Shown here one piece after another: positions 54,564-64,000 of a DNA stretch of 64,000 nucleotides. The translations under genes were made by a program, and so were the position numbers. How positions within the stretch are numbered: position 1 is the first letter of the stretch; each line of letters opens with the position of its first letter. The notes under the pieces are model-generated. The model had not been told where the DNA came from. It ran no database searches and saw only the letters and a list, made by a program, of their open reading frames with translations. This DNA comes from Eledone cirrhosa (lineage: Eukaryota), in contig OZ024757.1 of NCBI GenBank assembly GCA_964016885.1, positions 27,900,001 to 27,964,000 on the forward strand, given 5' to 3'.

Positions 54564-54634
54564 TGTTTTATCTGATGAAAACACAAATATTATTGCATGA
54601 TGATGTTTGTTTTTGAAATGCGCATAATAAAATA
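54564..54634 (+). ncRNA. Type I minimal hammerhead ribozyme motif (Penelope-type)
   Basis: Stem I tgttttat/ataaaata, CUGAUGA at 54572-54578, long stem II, GAAA at 54615-54618, palindromic helix III ATGCGCAT, AUA triplet. Confidence 0.75.
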
Positions 54635-54759
54635 CATGGAACTCCTTTAACCATCTTTTGTTCTTATATATTATGTATACTCCAGTCCTACAAACTGTAG
54701 AGTGCTCTTATCCGATATCTGCATTGCTTTATTGTACTACAATAAAACTCACCTCCTAC

Positions 54760-54809
<50 letters not shown>

Positions 54810-54852
54810 GTAACCCATGTGCAACCACGCAGCACTCCATTTTTCTTATATT

Positions 54853-54888
<36 letters not shown>

Positions 54889-54917
54889 AAGCAAGAGAGA
54901 GAGAGTCAAAGTCTCTT

Positions 54918-55005
54918 GCATATTACAATTGTTTCGATATCGATCAGCTCAGGTTACAATCGAAGTGAAGAGAATCAACTCTTTTTCGACATCTCATCAG
55001 ACATG
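54918..55005 (-). ncRNA. Type I minimal hammerhead ribozyme motif (Penelope-type)
   Basis: Minus strand: catgt-CUGAUGA-gatgtcga...tcgatatc-GAA-ACAATTGT-A-atatg. Palindromic helix III, GUA triplet. Confidence 0.75.
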
Positions 55006-55392
55006 TGAGCATTTATGTGCGAAGACACATCTAACACATACGCATACACACACACACATACGCATACACACACACACACACACACACATATATTCATAAT
55101 GGGGAGCACACAGGACAAAGACAATGGAAATAATAAAAGAAAGATGGACAGTCCCATCTCCTCAGACAACTTCTTCGGTGCATATATATATATTTATATA
55201 TATGTGTCTGTGTGTGTATAAATGTATGCATGCATGTATAAGTATAAGTATATATATATATATGTGTATTATCATCATTTAACATCCATTTTTTATGATG
55301 ATAGTGATGATGATACATATGTGTGTGTATATATACATATATATATAAACAAATATATATATATAAAAATATATAAACATTATACATATATA

Positions 55393-55467
<75 letters not shown>

Positions 55468-55499
55468 TATATATAAATATATATATATATTTAAATATA

Positions 55500-55533
<34 letters not shown>

Positions 55534-55646
55534 CACACACACATATATATATACATATAAGAAAAAAAGGTTAATTTGATTTAATTTAATTTAATTTAAT
55601 TTGATTAAATTGATTTTATAATTAAATTTTTTTTTTTTTCGTTCAG

Positions 55647-55832
55647 AGAGTTGTTTGGTTAAAAAAATTAAAAATGGTAAAGAAAGTTATCAGGATGAGG
55701 GTACAACATCGTTTGTGAAACACAACATGTTCGTACACATCAGTTGCGATGATGGGTACCAGCTAGTGGGTTCTAACAAAATTAAGTGTTCCCAAGGATT
55801 TTGGTGTTCAGCATTACCAATATGTGAACCAA
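55647..55832 (+). CDS. CCP10 exon (SCLVKKIKNG...SCDDGYQLVG...CSQGFWCSALPICEP)
   Basis: ttcag|, |gtaagt. Confidence 0.92.
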
Positions 55833-55895
55833 GTAAGTCTCTCAAACATTATTTTCTTAGCCATAAGTCTTTTTTTGTTGTTTCTTTTTAATATT

Positions 55896-55928
<33 letters not shown>

Positions 55929-56216
55929 GTTTGTTTGTTTGTTTGTTTGTTTGTCTGATTTTATGAAGAATTTATTGTTCTGTAATTTCAAACCCACATT
56001 TTTTAATTGTATGAATAAAGAACCAGAAAAACTGCAACAATACCAACAACATCAACAATAAAATCACCGACACCACCACCAACACCACCACAACTACCAC
56101 CACCAACACCACCACCACCACCACAACAACAACACAACAACAACAACAATAACAACACAACTTCTACCACCACCACCACAACAACAACAACAAACATCTA
56201 CAACAGTAACAGCCCC

Positions 56217-56253
<37 letters not shown>

Positions 56254-56710
56254 CAACTACTACCACCACCACCACCACAACAACAAACAACATCTACAAC
56301 AGTAACAGCACCAACAACACAAACAACAATAACAACACAACTACTACCACCACCACAACAACAAACAACATCTACAACAGTAACAGCCCCAACAACACAA
56401 ACAACAACAGCTACAACAACAACATCAGTAATGGTAGCTGGAACAGTACTACCACCACCACTACAACAGCAACAGCAGCAACAACAGCAACAACAACAAC
56501 AACAACAACACAAACAACAACGCAAACAACAACATAACCGATACCAACATCTACAAGAACACACAACAACAAAAGTGTTCTATTACCATCATGAAATGTA
56601 CTTATGTTGCCAGGAGTTTTATTACACAATCTTAAAGACAGAAATAAAGAAAAGAAAAAAATAACTGTGAAAATAAATATCTTCTCCACGCCTTCTCCCC
56701 CCCCCCCCCC

Positions 56711-56854
56711 CTTCTTCTTCTTCTTCTTCTTCTTCTTCTTCTTCTTCTTCTTCTTCTTCTTCTTCTTCTTCTTCTTCTTCTTCTTCTTCTTCTTCTTCTT
56801 CTTCTTCTTCTTCTTCTTCTTCTTTTTCTTCTTCTTCTTCTTCTTCTTCTTCTT
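56711..56854. repeat. (CTT)n microsatellite
   Basis: Direct inspection. Confidence 0.95.
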
Positions 56855-56869
56855 GAGAGGGTCATGGGG

Positions 56870-57895
56870 TCCGAGTCCTCAGACATACTTTCCAGAGTGT
56901 CCTGTCAGAAGAAACTGTCTTGAAATGCTCTGGCTGGATCACCAAGTGAGTCTAACCAAGCACAGAGATGTTATCCAAACAATTAGGTTATAATCTGCTC
57001 GTTGCCCATAAAATTTATCCAGTATTTTTTCTTTAAACATCCTAACCAACATGTCTGTAGTGACCTTTCAATTTGGAGAAGTAGCATCTCTACTTGATCT
57101 CCAAGCTTTGCATCCTATTGATTAACATTACTCGAAAGTCCCTTCAGAGGAACCCCATTTTGGTCGTTTCCATCACCCAGAATTCATGATCATAGCTAAA
57201 AGTAGGAACAAGCACCAATCTTAAGAAAACAAGTTTGGTTTTTATACCTACTTCCCTTTTTTTGATAACCAAGTGCTGAAGCTAGTGCATTAGTGTGCCA
57301 GCTCCAACAATTCTTGCATTTAATTCAGTCTCCTGCTTTCCATCACACATGAAAATGGTCCCAAAATACTTGAACTTCCCCATCAGCTTCAGAGTAATTT
57401 TTCTCACATGAAGAGTGCACAACACTTTTCGATGAAATAAGTTGTACACAATGTCATCTGCAAATATCAACTGACTAATCCTACACCTGCCAGTTTTGAT
57501 ACCACTTCCAGCCTAGCTATGCATGTCAATCTTGTTCATGAAGATCAGGAACTGGAGAAGTGACAATATACACCCTTGGCAGAGTCCAACACCCACATTC
57601 AATGGTTTGAACCAAAATACAAGAGCAGTTATATAGAGACTTAAAAAAAAGAAGCTGTGCATTGACCATATACCCTTGCAGGACCTTCCATGAAGAGTCC
57701 TGTGGAGAGTAGTCAAAAGCCTTTTCAAGGTCTACAAAACAGACATAGACTTCTTGGCAATACTCCCATGATTTTTCAAAGAGTTACTGCAGAGTGAATA
57801 TTTGTCTATATATTCAAGGTAAAAATCACGCTGTTCTGCAGCTAGCTTGGACTCAATATCCCTAAATCTCTTTACCAGACACCTAACAAAGAATT
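56870..57895 (-). mobile_element. Degenerate RTE-type LINE RT fragment
   Basis: Minus strand: GVGLCQGCILSLLQFLIFMNKI, IFADDIV, FKYFGTIFMCDGKQETELNARIVGA. Confidence 0.8.
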
Positions 57896-57933
57896 TACTA
57901 GAGTGTATCTATTTTGTATGTATGTATTTGTAG

Positions 57934-58128
57934 AGCAATGCAATGTGAAAGAAGTGGCCCATGGAAAAATTCAAGTGAACAGCAAAAGGCTGGTTGCTTA
58001 CGAAAAACCAGTGGCACATCTTAGCATTGCAGTCATCACATGTAATCGCGGATACACAATGGAGGGAATATCAAAAGTGCAATGCCTCTTTGGTCAATGG
58101 TCTTCAGAATTTGCTAAATGTGAAGGAA
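57934..58128 (+). CDS. CCP11 exon (QCNVKEVAHG...TCNRGYTMEG...CLFGQW...AKCEG)
   Basis: tgtag|, |gtaagt. Confidence 0.92.
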
Positions 58129-58781
58129 GTAAGTACAACATTTCCCGTAGATTGCCTAGATAGTCTGAAAAAAAAAACATATATGTATATATATAAATAT
58201 ATATATTTATACATATATATATGTAAATTTATATAGAAAAGACTTGCTGCTGTACTACATTCAATATATATATATATATGTAAATTTATATAGAAAAGGC
58301 TTCTACAGGACTAGAACTGTTTCATTTGTATGAAGTCACTAGGAAATGTCCATTGTGTTTTTTTTTCATTTCTCGAATGTGTATATTATATATATATATA
58401 TATATATATGTTGGTGTTAGGTAGGGCATCCAGCCGGAGAAAACCTACCAGACAGTCCTATACGAGTGAGACATGGTCATCAGACCAATCTTGCCCCAAG
58501 TAGGACAATTCCCGTCTAAACCCATGCTAGCATGGAAGATAGACGTTAAACGATGATGATGATGATAATGATGATGATATATATATATATATGAGAAATA
58601 ACAGAGAAATGAGAGTAAAAACAACAAAAATATGAACAAGCGAGCTAAAGAAACAAGCAAAATTGTATAGAGAAGAATAAAATTTGAAAAACAAAATGTA
58701 TTCTCTCATGCTATACATATCTACATACATATATATATATACATGTGTATATATACATATATATATATATATGTGTGTGTG

Positions 58782-58873
<92 letters not shown>

Positions 58874-58988
58874 ATGTAGATAAATCTACCAAAATATACG
58901 GTAGTGGCCAATCCGTATGAAGAACTCAATGTAATCCAAATATCATGAAAAGAGAAGATGCATTCAAAAATTTTCGATGAAAATCGAA

Positions 58989-59048
<60 letters not shown>

Positions 59049-59163
59049 ATGTAGATAAATCTACCAAAATATACGGTAGTGGCCAATCCGTATGAAGAAC
59101 TCAATGTAATCCAAATATCATGAAAAGAGAAGATGCATTCAAAAATTTTCGATGAAAATCGAA

Positions 59164-59271
<108 letters not shown>

Positions 59272-59535
59272 TATATACATACATATATATATATGTGAAA
59301 TTATTTCAAAGAGAGTAATAGTCATATTTTCTTTTACTTACATGACAAAATTTCTCTAAAAATCTCAGAAAAGGATATCAAAATCTATTGCTCACTCTGT
59401 AAAGCTGATTATATATTTTTTTTAATTTGCAGAGAGTATGCTTATTTTTCTTATTTTCACTCACCCAGTTTACGCTCTTTTAAGCTTATCAAAGAGTATA
59501 TTTTGTATTTCGTTTTTACAATATTTAAGCCATCT

Positions 59536-59577
<42 letters not shown>

Positions 59578-59591
59578 CACACATATATATG

Positions 59592-59673
<82 letters not shown>

Positions 59674-60181
59674 TACATATATATTATTATATATATATAT
59701 ATACAAGTATATATATATATGTGTGTGTTTGTGTGTGTGTATATATATATATACACAACTATATACATATATCCATACATTTATGTTCATACATATATAT
59801 TTAATTAGCATAACGAACAAACTTATCATTAACATAAGCAGACGTCTTCCACAAGCCTTGTGTATATTATTTTGTATTTGCCTAATAAAAAATGTCTGAA
59901 TCCATTTAGCCATTTGTGTCTCTAGTCTATTAATTTTATAAACAAATGTGCAAGTCAAACTTTGCTTTCCTCAAACTGACAAAGGATCAAAACCTGTTGT
60001 GTTTCTGGTGCTTATATTTTTTGTTGAATAATATTGCTTCATGTTTTTTGGCAGGGTAAATATATAGCATGCTTTTCAAAATAATACTGAATGATATTTG
60101 CTACTTAAGCCTAAATGAACCAGGGATTTGTAGGTAGCATACAAATCTCACAATGGAATGTTAAGCAATACAATTATTGTG

Positions 60182-60218
<37 letters not shown>

Positions 60219-60223
60219 GTGTG

Positions 60224-60262
<39 letters not shown>

Positions 60263-60263
60263 G

Positions 60264-60323
<60 letters not shown>

Positions 60324-61249
60324 AATATATATATTTATATATATATATATATATTCTTTATTAAGTGTATTCATGAAACATATAAACATCCATACATGTA
60401 TATACTTTACTGTTACAAATAAACTGCTAGGATATTATACAAAATTTGGAAAAAAAATGTTCTTTAAAAAAGATAACTGGAGCACAATACAATACAACTT
60501 TGCTTCTCCATGTGTGTTTGTATGTGTGTGTGCATACGGAGTTCAGATGAGTATGCTGGTTCATGAAGGCCAACTTTATCCTTTCCCCAAATTTTCTAGT
60601 CTTGTGACTAAATTAGAAATCAATAGATTTATAGTAATTGTAGAGTGTCAGACAAAATGCCTAGTGGTATTTAGTGAAAATTATGTTCTGAGTTTAAATC
60701 TTGCTGAGGTCAATTTTGCCTTTCACCCTTGTGCCTATATCAGAAAATATTATTATTAATAATATAGAAATAATAATAAAAATAGTAATGTTTTCTACTA
60801 TAGCACAAGGCCAGCAATTTGGGGGTAGGGAAAAGTCGATTAAATCGACCCCACTACTAGTGCATTACTAGTGGTTTATTTTAGCGACCACGTAAAGATG
60901 AAAGGCAAAGCTAACTTCAGCAGGATTTGAACTCCGGCTGTATAGAGCTGGAATAAATACCGCAAAGCATTTTCCCCGAGACTCTAACGATTCTGCTAAC
61001 TCACCACCCTAATAATAATAATGATAATAATAATAATAATAATGATAATAATAATAACAATAATAATAATAATGATATTATTATTATTATTAATGATAAT
61101 AATGATTTACTCATCTGTTGAAGCATACCCTCTGTACAAGCATGCACGCACACACACACACACACTCATACACAGATACGTGCATATGCACACACACACA
61201 TCCATACACACACACCAACAATAGAAATTCTGTTTGCATTGCCTTTTAG

Positions 61250-61450
61250 TGGTATGTGAAGCACCAACCATTCTCAATGGGAGACTGATGGAAATCTCGA
61301 CTCGAAAGATTGTCAATGCTGGGGAGACAGTTATTGCTAATGTCTCACTGACAGTTGAATGTAATGAGGACTATAGCCTGAAAGGACCACAGAGCATCAC
61401 TGAGTGTGATATGGGAAAATGGACCAATGAATTGCATTCGTGTGAAAAAA
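61250..61450 (+). CDS. CCP12 exon (VCEAPTILNG...ECNEDYSLKG...CDMGKW...HSCEK)
   Basis: tttag|, |gtaaat. Confidence 0.9.
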
Positions 61451-62641
61451 GTAAATATATATTCTAATTTATTGATTTATTTGAGTCAATTAATTAATTA
61501 AACATTGAATTAATTATATCCTTAATGAGCACATTTGGAATTTTGAATGTATTTCAACTTAAAATAAGCTGCTTTAATGCATTTAACTATGAAATATAGA
61601 TGCAAAATGTGGACACTATTGCTTGTGAGTTTTGAACTCACACATGCTGAATGCTGGATTGCTGCACTGCATTTACACCAAGGTGTCTCTAGAGTCTTCA
61701 TATGCCCAACTTGTGTTTGTATCAGCTTAATTTAAACTATCATACATTCAGGATTCAAATTTTGGTCAAAGTCTTGTGAATTCATTTGATTCAATCATTA
61801 ATTAATTAAAAAAATTTAAACAAGACTGTAAAATAAAGAGAAAAACTAAGATTTGTCATATATTTTATTCCATTTTTCATCTCATTTCTATTATCTATTT
61901 TCATTTCAAATTATACTAATTTGCATTCCTATTTCTGATCCATCCTTTCGGCGTTTTGCTTTTTAATTGCCCTATTTTCATTCTAATTTTTGTCTCCCTT
62001 ATATTCAATAATATTTCCTAAACACTTTTGGTAACCACCCAGCCATTTTATAAAACAAAACCACTCATTTTAAAGGGTCCCTATTTAACCCTTTAGCATT
62101 TAAAGTGGCCTTATCCGATCAGGATTCTCTCACCTCTTTCTGTTCAAACTAACTGTAACCAGCTGCTCATACTGATGTTAAGGTATTGTTCTTGAAATAA
62201 ATAATATCAAAATCTCATAGATTCGATATTATGTGAAATAAAATCTTTACCATGAAAGTAAATATAGAGTAATGTAAATGTTAAAGGGTTAACTCTTTTG
62301 ATATCAACCCTGCCAAAACTGGCTCTGGTCCTATGAAACAAAACCACTCATTTTCAAAGGGTTCCTATTTATATCAAAATCCTTCAACATAATTTATATA
62401 AGAATCACATATTAAGATACTATGTTAGAAATGAAATAATTTATAATTTTAATAAATCCTTCAAAATTATTCATTAATTAATTGGAATAGAGTGTATTTC
62501 ATTAGAAATACAGTTACAAAGGGATAACCAACATCACCACCAACAACAACATTAACAGCAACACCACAACCACAACAACATGTTTGCAATAAACTTATTT
62601 TCTTTGTCTTAGAATTGCTCTCTTGATTCCTGTCTTTGCAG

Positions 62642-62835
62642 ATATTTATTGTGAAAAACTCAAAGTAGACAAAGAGGTGGAGGTGCAATATAATTACCCA
62701 TTGTCTGAAGGGTCTGTGGCAGAGTTTAAGTGTAAAAATTCTTTCTGTTATAAGAGCAATGATGAGAAAGCAGAGTGTAATAATAATGGTAGATGGATCA
62801 TTGGAGCCATTCCCACATGTGATTGTGGTTCTTGA
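62642..62835 (+). CDS. CCP13 terminal coding exon (IYCEKL...FKCKNSFCYK...ECNNNGRW...PTCDCGS*)
   Basis: tgcag|, TGA at 62833-62835, donor gag|gtaag after 62845. Confidence 0.85.
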
Positions 62836-62888
62836 AGAGTGAGAGGTAAGTATTTTTATTTTGTCAGACGATATAACTTTGAAGTAAA

Positions 62889-62895
62889 TCATCAC

Positions 62896-62937
<42 letters not shown>

Positions 62938-63062
62938 GGTCACAATCACCACCACCACCACCATCACCATCATCATCACCACCACAACCATCACCATCAT
63001 CACCACCACCATCATCATCTTCATCATCAGCAGCCTCATCATCATCATCATCATCACCACTG

Positions 63063-63107
<45 letters not shown>

Positions 63108-63130
63108 CCACCGCCATCATCATCACCACC
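62889..63130. repeat. (CAT/CAC)n microsatellite
   Basis: Direct inspection. Confidence 0.95.
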
Positions 63131-63660
63131 ACTACAAACACTGCATCCTTCAAAACTTCCATGCTTCCTGAAATTCGCCAACACTACACCTGATATTCCC
63201 CCTCCAAACACATGCACGCATGTGTGTGTGTGTCTTTGTGTATATCATGACTCATACACTGTTCACTTTCCTGATATTTGTACATTAGTGGATTGGCAGT
63301 ATCGGTAGAGCGTCAGACAATATGTTTTGCGGCATAGAGTTATGGCCCTTTGCGCTCTGAGTTCAAATCCCGCTGAGGCTAGCTTTGCCTTTCATCCTTT
63401 CGGAGTCAATAAAATAAAGACCCAGTAATGCACTGGGGTTGATTTAATCAAATTTCTCCTCCCTCAAAATTGTTGACCATGTGCCTAAATCAGAAATCAT
63501 TATTCTATGTACTATACATGCACCTTTGATGAGTTGTAGTGCACCTGAGCACTGTACACAATAATTTTCATTATTATTATTTAAGAAATCTCAGATTACT
63601 CTGTGGCATCAAGGGCATTAAAATTATGCTTATAATCTATGTTGTTTTTTTTATTTACAG

Positions 63661-63810
63661 AATTCTTTGGAGGAATCAAAACCAAGACAAAAGAAAAGAC
63701 ATCACTGCAATTATTTGGTTTTGGGGCTGGCTGTTTGGTAGAAGGCAGCATTGTAGTTTCTAATGTTTTCCTAACAAAACAGAATAAAATAAAAAATATT
63801 TAATCTCCTC
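63661..63810 (+). other. Putative non-coding last exon (3' UTR) of the CCP gene
   Basis: Strong acceptor tttttttatttacag| at 63660. AATAAA at 63783-63788. Confidence 0.6.
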
Positions 63811-64000
63811 ACAGATTTTTTTTGTGTTAATTAAAAAAAAACACCATAAATAAAGTAAGAAAAATGAACAAAAAATATGATTAACTGCGAAATTTCTTTT
63901 AATGAAAGCTTAATATTTTATAATGAAGGTACACAAACTAAGAGTTAGGGTGTTCATCTCATGATCTAAAGGTTGTGAGTTTGATCAATGTGTTTAATCT

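Noticed and set aside
56431-56993. Poly-Q, poly-F and poly-R ORFs
   Set aside because: (CAA)n and (CTT)n microsatellites.
62467-63217. Poly-His, poly-Met and poly-Asp ORFs
   Set aside because: (CAT)n microsatellite in the intron after the stop codon.

Overview
AT-rich, microsatellite-dense eukaryotic genomic DNA. The repeat content suggests a coleoid cephalopod (octopus-like), which is my inference. Two + strand multi-exon genes were assembled by hand from GT-AG boundaries and codon phase. (1) The 3' part of a protein kinase N gene (PKN/PRK2-like): 14 exons at 7307-25707, about 600 codons, covering C2-like region, linker, kinase domain and AGC tail. Its 9.6-kb intron holds a candidate in-frame alternative terminal exon (18042-18572). 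(2) A complete ~881-aa secreted protein with a signal peptide and 13 one-exon-per-domain Sushi/CCP modules (40769-62835), plus a non-coding last exon. Introns and intergenic DNA contain RTE LINE fragments (two 5'-inverted with TSDs), a CRE-clade endonuclease relic, tRNA-derived SINEs, piggyBac-, hAT- and Tc1-like MITEs, minisatellites, long inverted repeats and Penelope-type minimal hammerhead ribozyme motifs. Most ORFs in the supplied track are microsatellite artefacts.
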